A stretch of 64,000 nucleotides of DNA from the NCBI GenBank assembly GCA_951406725.2, contig OX597817.1, forward strand, positions 57,536,001 through 57,600,000, read 5' to 3'. Positions 27,201 through 39,200 of the stretch are shown here, piece after piece. The notes beneath the pieces are model-generated. The model was not told the DNA's origin and did not search any database. It saw only the letters and a program-made list of their open reading frames with translations. This DNA comes from Octopus vulgaris. Its lineage: Eukaryota. The translations under genes were made by a program, and so were the position numbers. How positions within the stretch are numbered: position 1 is the stretch's first letter; every line of letters begins with the position of its first letter.

Positions 27201-30200
27201 TGGGTTCAAAATTCTACCGGGACACCTGATGAAGGCTGGAGAGTAAATCAGCCGAAACATTGTGGTAACAACAAACAGGATGAGGACACGTGCGTCTAAT
27301 GTAAATAATGTAAATAACAACAAAGACAAATTCATTTGTCAGGACACAAGTTGTAAATCTCAAAGAAAACAGTGATTGTGTGTGTACGTGTACGAACCAT
27401 TGTTGTTCTTCAGTGATGTATCGATGCCATACTGGAGAAGAAGGATGGCAACTTGCTTGTGATTGCGAAGTGCAGCTAGGTGCAGGGCTGTGTTACCGAA
27501 CTTATCAACAGAATTGATGTCTGGAGCATTGTTTTGGTTCAACTGAAAGAACAGGAGCAGATTCTTGGGATGTAAATATCTGGCGGAATCGGGTGGGGAC
27601 AAGGGTGGTCAAGGCAAATGTCAACTGGGTGACTGGGATTGGATGTTGAGGACAGGATTGGGATTAGGGTGTGTGAAATGAGGGTTGGGGGTAGGGTGTG
27701 TGAAAATGGGGGTTGGGAGTAGGGTGTGTGAAAATGGGGGCTGGGGGTAAGGTGTGTGAAAATGGAGTTGGGGTAGGGTGTGTGAAAATGGGGGTTAGAG
27801 GTAAGGTGTGTGAAAATGGGGGCTGGGGTTGGTAGTGGGGGAGTAAGACAGGTGGTTAGGGTTGGAGAAGGGGTTACAATGGTGACAGTTGAGGGTAGGG
27901 AAAATGATGGTGATAATAGTGGTGGTTATAGTGATGATTATGTTTGTGACATTCGCAATGATAAATAGTTTGGTGGTGGTGGTAACCCACCCATTCTCAC
28001 CGGTACCATCCTTGCTACTAACACTACCTCCAATACCTCCGTTACTACTCTCACTAGCAACAGTACTCACACCACTACTACCCCCTCCACCCATCACTTA
28101 ATGCTAATACAAACCTCATGCTGCCATTACCACCACCACCAACAACAACAACTCATTACCAACATGTTGAATATCCGACATTCGCAACATGTTGAAAATC
28201 CGACAAGGCATCGGTCTGGGCAGCAGCCATCTATGCTGGATCTTTACTCCTGCTCCAGAACGTCAGCTGCGGGGTCACTCCGAAAAGCTCTATCTGCGAC
28301 AATTTCATCTCAATCAAAGGAGAGAGGCTTTCTCCGTCAGGGTTGCGGATCCGTGGAATAAGCTGCCAGACAAGATGGTGAAGATGCCGACGACCGCTCG
28401 GTTCAAAGTCTCCCTTGACCTCAAGTGGCCTGAACTCTTTACATGAACACTACCCTGTACATAACTCCATGTCCCCCTACATGGCCTTGCTTTTTGCTTT
28501 TTGAGCCAAAAAATTAACTAACTAACTAACCAACACCCTTCCCACCATCACCACTACTACTACAACCACTACCACACATGACACCACTACTTGCAATACC
28601 AACACTTCTCGTATAGCTTCAACCGCTATCACCCTCCCAGGCACCACCAACGCACTTGCCAACACCACAACCACCACTCAGTGGAAAACAATAGCAACAA
28701 TAATTATAACAGTATCAGCATCATCATCATCATTATAACCAGCATCATCATTATAATCATCATCATCATCATCATCACTACCATCATCATCATCATCATC
28801 ATTTAACATCCGTTTTCCATGCTGTCATGGGTTGGTCAGTTTGATAGCTGACAAGGCCAGGAGCCACACCAGTCTGCTTTGGCATGGTTTCAACAGCTTG
28901 ATGCCCTTCCTAATACCAACCACTCAAAGAGTGTAGCTTTTTATGTGCCACTGGCATGAGGGCCAGTCAGGCAGTACTAGCATCGACCACACTCAAATGG
29001 TGCTTTTTATGTGCCACCAGCTTGGGAGCCAGTCAGGTGGGACTGGCAACAACCATGCTCAAATGGTGCTTTTTACGTGCCAGTCAGGTGACACTGGCAA
29101 TGACCATCTTCAAATGGTGCTTTTTACATGCCACCAGCATGGGAGCCACTCAGACGACACTGGAAATGCCCATACTTGAATGGTGATTTTTACATGCTGC
29201 CGGCACAGGAGCCAATCAGGCGACATTGGCAACGACTATGCTCAAATGGTGCTTTTTATGTACCACTGGTACGGGGTTGGGTGTGTAAAAATACCCTTGC
29301 TTCAAAAACAAGTAACGGTTGGTGACCAGAAGGGCATCCAGTCATAAAATGCTGCCCTTAAGGCCCTGTCCAACCCAGTTGTGTAGCTAATAAAGGAGCA
29401 TGCTTTTCAAAATTGGTGCCTTTTCAACAATGGAGGTTATAAGGTACAGGTGTGTCTGTGTGGTTAGGATGTTTATTTTTCAACTGCAAGTCTTCAGGTT
29501 CTGTCCCACTGCATGGTACCTTAGGCAAGTGTCTTCTACTATAGCCCTGGGCTAACAAATACCTTGTGAGTGAATCTGGTAGATGAAAACTGAAAGAAGC
29601 CCAGCATGCATGTGCATGTGTGTGTGTGCACGCATGTATGCATGCATGCCTCCTTGGCTTGATATCACATGACAGTTGTAAACGAGTGTTACTGCAATAC
29701 AAGTGGTGTCCTTCATTTCCAATGGGGAAATATTACCCCTACTTGGACACGGGTAAGTATTGGCAACAAGAGAGGATTCTGGCCCTAGAAAATCTGTCTC
29801 AATAGACTCCGTTTGACCCCTACAAGCATGGAGAAGTGAATGTTAAAATGATGATGAAATGAACGAATAAATTAACGAATGAGTTTCATTATGTGACTTA
29901 CAATTCCTTTGATGTCGTCGATCTGACCGTGAAGTGAAGATGACATGAATTCATTGACGAGTCTTCGAGAATCACTTTTCTCTGAAGCTATGGAAAAGAG
30001 AAAAAAAAATATACCAAAAATAAAATATTGATTCCAAACAAAATTGTTATTGTAAAAGGAAGATTAAAATAGGGGACAATCAGCTAAAGAGTTCAAAAGT
30101 TTAAATCTTGCAAAGGTCAGCTCAATTTTCCATTACCAAAGATGTCATAAAATGTGTACCAGTAATACAATGGGGTATTTGGCCTGTTGATTGAATGACT

Positions 30201-30239
30201 ATTCCAATGACATTAGTTTTTGTTTTGTTTCTTTCTATT

Positions 30240-30270
<31 letters not shown>

Positions 30271-33200
30271 CGTGGCCGTTTGCCAGTGGCACGTAAAAAG
30301 CAGCCACTACACTCATGGAGTGGTTGGTGTTAGGAAGGGCATCCAGCTGTAGAAACACTGCCAGATCAGACTGGAACCTGATGCAGCCTCCTGGCTTCCC
30401 AGACCTCGGTCGAACCGTCCAACCCATGCTAGCCTGGAAAACGAACATTAAAAGATGATGATGATTATATATATGTATAAAAAATATTGAAGGTCTAAAG
30501 TGCTGAGCTGGCAGAATTGTTAGCACACCAGGTGTAGTGCTTGGCAGCATTTCATGCCTTTATGTTCTGAGTTCAAATTCCATTGCGGTTGACTTTGTCT
30601 TTTCTCTTCTCAGGGTTGATAAAATAAGGACCAGTTGAGCACTGGGGTCGATGTAATTAACTTAACCACTCCCCCGAAATTGCTGGCCTTGTGCCAAAAT
30701 TTGAAACCAGCATAGGTTCAAGGTCTGAAATCATAAGAAGAGGGTTAGTTGATACCTATTTCTTTACTACCCACAAGGGGCTAAACACAGAGAGGACAGA
30801 CAAACGGAATAAGTCGATTATATCGACCCCAGTGCGTAACTGGTACTTATTTAATCGACCCCAAAAGGATTAAAGGCAAAGTCGACCTCGGCGGAATTTG
30901 AATTCAGAACGTAACGGCAGACGAAATACGGCTACGTATTTCGCCCGGCATGCTAACGTTTCTGCCAGCTCACCACCTTAATTAGTTGATACCATCAACA
31001 ACAGTACATGAGAATCACTTTATTTTACTGATAAAAAAAACCTTGCCAAAACGGATCTCGCCTGTGTTGTGCCTCATAAAAAGCACTCAGTCCACTCTGC
31101 TGGATGATTGGTGTCAGGAAAGGCATGCAGCTGTAAAAATCCTACCAAAACAGTCACAGAAGTCTGGTGCAGGCTTCTACCTGGCCAGCTCTTGTGAAAC
31201 CATTCCACCCATGCCAGCATGGAAGGCGGATGTTAAATGGTGATGATGATATTGATGATGACAGGCAAAGCTAACCTCGACAGGATTTGAACTCAGAACA
31301 CAAAGAGCCACAAGAAATACGTTAAAGCATTTTGTCTGATGCTCTAATGACAGCACCACTAACATCATAACAAAACCAGTGACAGTTAATATTTAGTCTC
31401 CTGTAACCCCAAATCTGCTGGCAGACAGGAACCACTCCTTGCACAAAAAGACAAAAGCTTGCCTGGTACAATCATGCATCTCACCATAACTTCCTGTCCA
31501 AAACCAATCTTCACAGCACAGTTGAGGGAGTGCAAAAAAGAGGCAGACAGGAAGAATCCTATTTTGACAACATCTCAGGGACTGGACCAGGTCACAATAC
31601 AGCGAACCTGCTACACATGACAGAGAACAGAGACCAGTGGCAACAGCTGACTATGAAAGTGTCCAAAGTGGCACCCCAATGACTAGCTGAATCAGCTAAG
31701 GGATGATGATGATAACAATGATGATGATCCCCATGAGAGGCTCTAAACTCAACACCACCAGCTTACAACCCACCAATCAATTATATACTGTCTTTTTCAT
31801 AGTTCATCATCACAAGATCCAGTCCGTGATGTGGTGTTGTGGTTTGCATGCCTCTTTGAACCTGAGAGTTATATCAGCAGAAGTGGGCAAGCTCCTGGTA
31901 GGGTCACTCATGCAGGACAGGTCAAAGGACAGAGGCCAGACTAATATGGACCACTTCTTCCCAGAGATAAAATTGGGTTGGCATAGGGCCAATATCTCTA
32001 CCTAGAAAAAAAAAAGCAAAGTTACAGATGCATCAATGATATTTCTAAACCAAGAAGACCAGCCTTCTCGCTGGGGAAATGTATGATGTGGCACAACAAA
32101 AGCTATCCTGCATTACACTTCAGGCCTTTTATTTGAACCTCACAAGGGAGGCAGTAGAAAGGATGCTCAAAAAATAGCTGGAAGTGGAATACCGAGGTGG
32201 AGCTGAAAAGGCGGGGACTAACTGAGGAGAGCAAAGAAGACAGCCACATGTTGAGAACAGGGGAGAGAAGTCGTTGATGGCCCAAGTACCATATGGAGCA
32301 AAGGGCCTCAGAGAAGTGAAAGCTTTTCTACTTCAACATGGTGCATATTTACTTTAAAACTAACTGCTACTGAAGTAACACGTACTGCCTTAATCTGTTT
32401 ATTTATATGATTTTGTGTATTGACTGCAACAAAGATCTTTCTTCTGGAACTTATTTACCAAAGTCATTAATACATCTTACCCAGAATGCAGAACAGCCAT
32501 TAAAGAGCAAAGATTGCAAGATCAGGTATTTGTAGTAACCATCATCATCATCATCATCATCGTTTAACGTCTGTTTTCTATGCTAGCATAGGTTGGATGG
32601 TTCAATCGGGGTCTGGGAAGCCAGAAGGCTGTACCAGGCTCCAGTCTGATCTGGCAGTGTTTCTACAGTTGGATGCCTTTCCTAACGCCAACCACTCCGA
32701 GAGTGTAGTGGGTGCTTCTTACATGCCACCGGCACAGGTGCCAGGCAAGGCTGGCAATGGCCACAATTGGTTGGTGCTTTTTACGTGTCACTGGCCACAT
32801 TCGGATGGTGCTTTTTATGTGCCACCGGCACAGGGATCACAATTACAAATTCAATTGATTTTTGATGTTGATTATAATTAATTATCTGATTCAGAGTAGT
32901 ATTGAGTTTTGAACTCATGTCCTTTAAGTATGTCGCCCATTCCGTCATTCGTTGACTGTCTCTCAGACACTTTGATTATTAAAAATGTATACTTACCTTC
33001 TAATAAATGCTTTACTTGAGCTGAAGCTAATGACTTAGGGGTGTGACCTTCTGTATTTACAGTGGAGATGTTGGCACCATGGCTCAGCAATAACATTACA
33101 ACATCCTGAAAAAAATTACAACCTGTCAGTTAATTAAAGAAAACAATCTTTATGTACACACTTAAACACACACATACACACATGTGCATGTGTCGTTTTG

Positions 33201-36200
33201 TCTCCAAGCAACCAGACTGTTGTTTCCTTAGGAGCATGTCAATTTTGGAGACTTTTCAATTCTTTAGATTATCTTCCCTTCTCATTTATAGTTGATCCTA
33301 ACCCCATTTAGCAACTGTCCCCCATACAATTTTGGCTATGCAGTGAATCCTTAATGCTGAATGTGAAATATGAAATTTGCAGGGACCACCTTCGGGCACC
33401 TTCAAACACAACTTTTTCAGAACCAAGACATTTAAGTCAGTATGAAGTCAGTCATGTATAAAGCAGTTGTCATCCCCAGTCTCTGATGTGGATCAGAAAT
33501 CTGGGTCATTTCCTGTTGACATCTGACCCCAAGGAGATACTTTCACCGCCATTGTCTTCAGATCAACAAGGAGGATTACACAGCTAACATTAATGTCCTT
33601 TAAGAAATAAAAAAAAAAACAGCAACACTGAATCTATGATTCCCAAGAACCAGCTTTGTTGAGCAAGACATGTCCTTCAAGCAGAGGAGAACTCCCCAAA
33701 CAAGATCCAATGCCTGCTTTGGCATAAGATGGATGCCCTTCCAAATATCAACCACCTTACAGAGTGTACTGGGTGCTTTTTTTACTTGGTACCAGCACTG
33801 GTGAGGTTACCTGGTAACCTACAAGACAAGACCCTCAACTGAGTGGGGGACTAGCATTGACGTAGGTGGCTCTATGGCAGGATGATGTAGAGGAAAGTAA
33901 ATCCTCGAAAACCACCAAGGGAGGGGAAAAAAGCAAAAGGAATCTCTGAAGGCAACACTCAAAACTGTTCCTCTTGGCAGCATGTGGGTGGCTTTTAATC
34001 ACAAGACTACTATGGATATTCTTGTGGACCACTTTGAACATTCCTTTTGAGGAATTTAGGAAGCCAAAAGGGAAGGAGAAGAAAACAAACCCAGCTGATG
34101 TACTCTGAACATTAAAAGCTTTGTGCCACAAGGGTTGGACTTGTTAGTCACCTGAGCATACATTAAGAACTGCTGTTCTGAAGACCATCATTCGGAATTT
34201 TGAGGGATTACCTTGTTACTTACGATATATATATATCTGTAAATATAATACGTGACAATTATTTGGTAGCCAAGATAAACCTCCGAGTTTCGGATGCCGG
34301 GGTGGAAATCCATGCCACCATCTCTTCAGTTATCTGGCCATCAGTTATCCGATGGCCGGATGACTGAAGAGATGGTGGCGTGGATTTCCACCCCGGCATC
34401 CGAAACTCAGAGTTTTATCTTGGCTACCAAATAATTGTCACGTATTATATTTACAGATAAATTCCTCTATTTACATCTTTCTTTTGTTACCTTACCATTT
34501 TTACCAATATATATATATATATCTTCAGCTTTTACCTTTCACTGTTTCAGTCATGCTGGGGCACCACCTTGAAGAATTTCAGCTGAATGAATTGACCCGT
34601 TTTTATTTTTTTAAGCCTGGTACTTATTCTATCAGTTTCCTTTGCTGAACTGCTAAGTCATTGGGAAGTAAACACACCAACACCTTTCTGTCTACCAAAT
34701 CCACTTACAAGGCTTTGGTCAGCCTGAGGCTATAATAGAAGACACTTGCCCAAGGTGCCATGCAGTGGGACTGAACCCAGAACCATGTGGCTGGTAAGCA
34801 AACTTCTTACCACACAGCACCACCTGTGCCTTGTAACATTTTTCTGTGAGTATGGTAGGATTTTTTTTTGTTTATTTTATCCTCACAAGCCATAACACAC
34901 CATGTATAGACACACACACACACATCCATACAGATAGTTTGTGCCATTGAGAGAGTCTCTGTGCAGTTGCTAAATCTGTTAGAAATAACAGTTAAATTCC
35001 CTCAATCTGCACATACCATCTTAAAAAAACACATAAAACATACAGAAATAAGGGATAAAGTCATGTTTAAAAGACAGGTGTGGTCAAACAGGGCATGCCT
35101 GGGGTTAAACAACAACAACAACAGTGAATAGATTTAATGCAGCAACAATGGAACGTACCTCTCGTGAAGTGTAGGCAGCTCGGTGTAATGGTGTGTCTCC
35201 CATGTCATTCTGGATATCAAAGTTGGCACCAGCCTGGAATATTGATGGATATAAAGGAAGAATTAGTTAAAAGAGAGAGAAATATCATCACCACCACCTT
35301 CATCATCATCAGCGGCGGAGGTGGCAGCGTCTAACGTCCACTTTCCATGCTAGCATGGCTTGGACGGTTTGACTGAGGTCTGGAGAGCCAGCAGATGCAC
35401 CAGGCTCAAGTCTGATCTGGCAAGGTTTCTACAGCAGGATGCCCTTCCTAACACCAACCACTCCAAGAGTGTAGTGGGTGCATTTTACATGCTACAGGCA
35501 TGAGAGCCAGTCAGGCAACACTGGTATCGACCATACTTGAATGGAGCTTTTTACATGCCACAGGCATGGGAGCCAGTCAGGCAGCACTGGCATGGACTAA
35601 GGCACAAGGCCAGCAATTTCGGGGGAGGGGGTGAGTTGATTACATCACCACCACCACCACCACCACCACCACTGCTCAACTTGTATTTTATCAACTCTGA
35701 CAGGATGAAAGGCAAAATGTACCTTGACAGAGTTAAACTCAAGGTGTAAGGCTGGATGAAATGTTGCTAAGCATTTTCCCCAGCAAGCTAATGATTCTGC
35801 CAGCTCCACCGCCTTAGAAGAGACATAAATATTGATCTCTTAGTACCACCTGACCGGTGGCGCGTGAAAAGCACCATTCAAGCATGACCGATGCCAGTAC
35901 TGCCTGACTGGCCCTCCTGCTGGTGGCATGTAAAATGCACCCACTACACTCTTGGAGTGGTTGGTGTTAGGAAGGGCATCCAGCCGTAGAAACCTTGCCA
36001 GATCAAATCGGAGCTTGGTGCAGCTGCTGGATCTCCAGACCTCAGTCAAGCCATCCAACCCATGCCAGCATGGAAAGTGGACATTAAACGACAATGATGA
36101 TGATGAATCACAGCAAATTTGGTTTATATTTTCTTCTTCTTCTTGTAGAGTCAGTAAACACATAAAAAGAATAAAACTAATTGTTTCATGTCACTGCGGC

Positions 36201-39200
36201 CCTTACTTACAGTCAAGTAAAGCTCTTACTTACAGTCCATTCTGCTGGGTGGTTGGCATTTGGAAGGGCATCCGGATGTAAAAATCCTGCCAAGACAGTT
36301 ATAGAAGTCTGGTGCAGGCCTCTGCTGTCAAACCATCCAACCCATGCCAGCATGGAAGGCAGACGTTAAACAACGATGATGATAAATTGTGCTTATTGAT
36401 GAAACCTATTTACAACTGAGTGGACTGTGGTAGTTGAAAATAATCTGGAACAAAAGAGGAGGAAGAAGAAGGGAAGAGGGAGAAGAGAGAAGGAAGTGGG
36501 AGAGGGGAGGAAGAGGGAGAAAGGGGGAAGAGGAAGATGGAGGAAGGATAGAGGAAGAGGAGGAAGGATGGAGGAAGGATAAAGGAAGAGGAGAAAGGAT
36601 AAAAGAAGAGGAGGAAAGATGGAGGACAAAGAGAAAAGAGGATGAGGAAGTGAGGAAAAAGAGGAAGGAGGAGAAGACGAAGAGGAGGAAAGGCGAAAGG
36701 AGAGGAAGTCGAGGAGACATAGAGGAAGATGAAGAGGAAGGAGAGAGGAAGAAGTGAAAGGATAGGAGGGGAGGAGGAGAAAGAAGCAGAGGAGGATGGA
36801 GGCAGAAGAGATGAGGGGAGGTAGGGGAGAAGGGGAAGTGGTAGTGGAGTAGTAGTAGTAGCAGCAGCAGCAGTAGTAGTAGGGGGGAGGAAGAGGAGAG
36901 TGTCAGAGTGTTTACCTCTAAAAGTTGTTTGACAACCTCCGTGTGTCCAAAGTAAGCGGCAAGATGTAATGGTGACCAGCCCCGGTTCGATCTTCGCGTA
37001 CCTGCAACAGAAGAGGGTAGGGTGGAATATGTATAAAAATAAACAACAATGTAAATACAAGAAAAACGAAAAAGAAAATAGTATACACAAATTAAGAATT
37101 TAAATAAATTGGTAAATGGTGAATGTGAAGAGGAATAGCTGTGTGGTTAAGGAGCTTGCTTTGCAACTAAATGGTTTTGAGTTCAATCCCACTGTGTGGA
37201 AGCTTTGGTAAATATCTTCACACCAACAAGTGTCTGGTGAATAAATTTGGTAGACAGGAACTGTGTGGAAGCCCATCACGTGCGTGTGTGTGCATGCGCA
37301 CACGTGTGCGCACACGTGTGTATGGGTGTGTATGTATTCTCACTCCCCATCACCGCCATTACCATTTGACAACGAGTGCTGCTTGCTTATGTCCCTGTAA
37401 CTTAGCAGTTCGACAAAAGAGAGTGATAGAAGAGGTACCACACTTAGACAAAACATGAGTCCTGAGGGGCAATTTGTTCAGGGCAGTACCCCAGCATGGC
37501 CACGGTCAAGCAAAAGATGAAAACATGTCCAAGATAAAATATTTCTGTCATTAATTAAAATTATAATTTTTCAGGTAATTACTCTCATTTTTAGAGATAA
37601 AATGGATTGTAAAATGCTCATACCTGTGCTACCTTTAATTGGTTTGATACGAATAATAAGCATCAGGTGTCTTATTCCTGTGTAAATATACTTAGGTGCC
37701 ACGTGCAAAGCACCCAGTACACTCTATGAAGTGGTTGCCATTAGGAAGGGCATCCAGCTGTAGAAACCATGCCAAAGCGGACAGTTGAGCCTGATGTAGT
37801 TCTCTGGTTCACCCAGCTCCTCTCTAACTGTCCAACCCATGCCAGCATGGAAGACAAATGTTAAATGGTGATTATGTCGAATCTAGACTAGATTTAAATC
37901 AGTAACTTTTAAACACTAAGTAATAATATCATCATCATCATTATCATCATCGTTTAACGTCCGCTTTCCATGCTAGCATGGGTTGGACGATTTTGACTGA
38001 GGTCTGGCGAACCAGATGGCTGCACCAGACTCCAATCTGATCTGGCAGAGTTTCTACAGCTGGATGCCCTTCCTAACACCAACCACTCCGAGAGTGTAGT
38101 GGGTGCTTTTTACATGCCACTGGCACGGGGGCCAGTCAAGCGGTACTGGCAACTGCCACGCTCAGATGGTATTATTTATGTGCCACCAGCACAGCTAATG
38201 GTTTCAAATTTTAGCACAAGACCAACAATTTCAAGAAGGGTGTCAGTTGATAACAGCAACCCCAATTTTCAACTGGGATTTATGTTATTGATCCCAAAAC
38301 AATGAAAGGTAAATTCAATCACAGAATATAAAGATGGACGAAAAATGTCTCTAAGCGTTTTGCCTGGCATGCTAATGTTTCTGCCAGCTCATTGCATTGA
38401 AGGATGACCGATGCCATCCTAACTAATAATAATGACGTTTTTAACCACTCCTCAAGGCCATCAACACTTGATAATTTAGCAGGTCCGCCTTGTAAACTAA
38501 CACTTTATATTCAGTATCACACAGTTTTTTTTTTTCTCTTAATACTTTCTCTTCTCTTTCAAAAAGCAACAAATTCACTTCTGTTTTTTTTCTCTTGCTG
38601 TATTTTGTTTTCTTTGTACACTTCTTTGATTGTTGTATTTTGCTTTATATTTCTATGCTTTTTCAGACACATGCTTTTACTTGTCAGACTCCACATATTA
38701 ATTGTTTATTGTTTGTTTTGTCACCTCTTGGCCTCATAATCTTATTTGTGCTATTTATGTTATTTTTATATATATATCTTGTCACTTTTCCAGAATAAAT
38801 CATCACTATTTTGCAGATTAACCATAATGACTTATACGCTTTTATTTGTTTCAGTCATTTGACTGTGCCATGCTGGAGCACGGCCTTTAGTCAAGCAAAT
38901 CGACCCCAGGACTTATTCTTTGTAAGCCTTGTACTTATTCTATCGGTCTCTTTTGCTGAACCACTAAGTTATGGGGATGTAAACACACCACCATCAGTTG
39001 TCAAGCGATGTTGGGGGGACAGACACACAAGTACATATATATACATACATATATACAGGACGGGCTTCCTTCAGTTTCCGTCTACCAAATCCACTCACAA
39101 GGCTTTGGTCAGCCTGAGGCTATAGTAGAAGACACTTGCCCAAGGTGCTATGCAGTGGGACTGAACCCGGGACCATGTGGTTGGTAAGCAAGCTACTTAC

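Larger units (their letters stand above)
26050..27315 (+). mobile_element. Penelope-like 3' remnant (ORF tail + tRNA-like module + HHR) with inverted 5' copy, interrupted by two R4/Dong fragments
   Basis: 26059-26146 is an inverted copy of ~27229-27312. ORF tail HNNLLSRPGADMCRIWEPVLRKDRKILGL*. A homologous copy lies at 61750-62420. Confidence 0.7.

Noticed and set aside
28940-29270. Regularly spaced ~44-bp repeats resembling a CRISPR array (also 46545-46770)
   Set aside because: The 'spacers' are homologous to each other. This is the internal tandem unit of SINE family C in a eukaryotic intron, with no cas genes.
36410-37090. 226-aa minus-strand ORF overlapping exon 2
   Set aside because: Wrong frame for the ankyrin exon; the remainder is the polypyrimidine tract.
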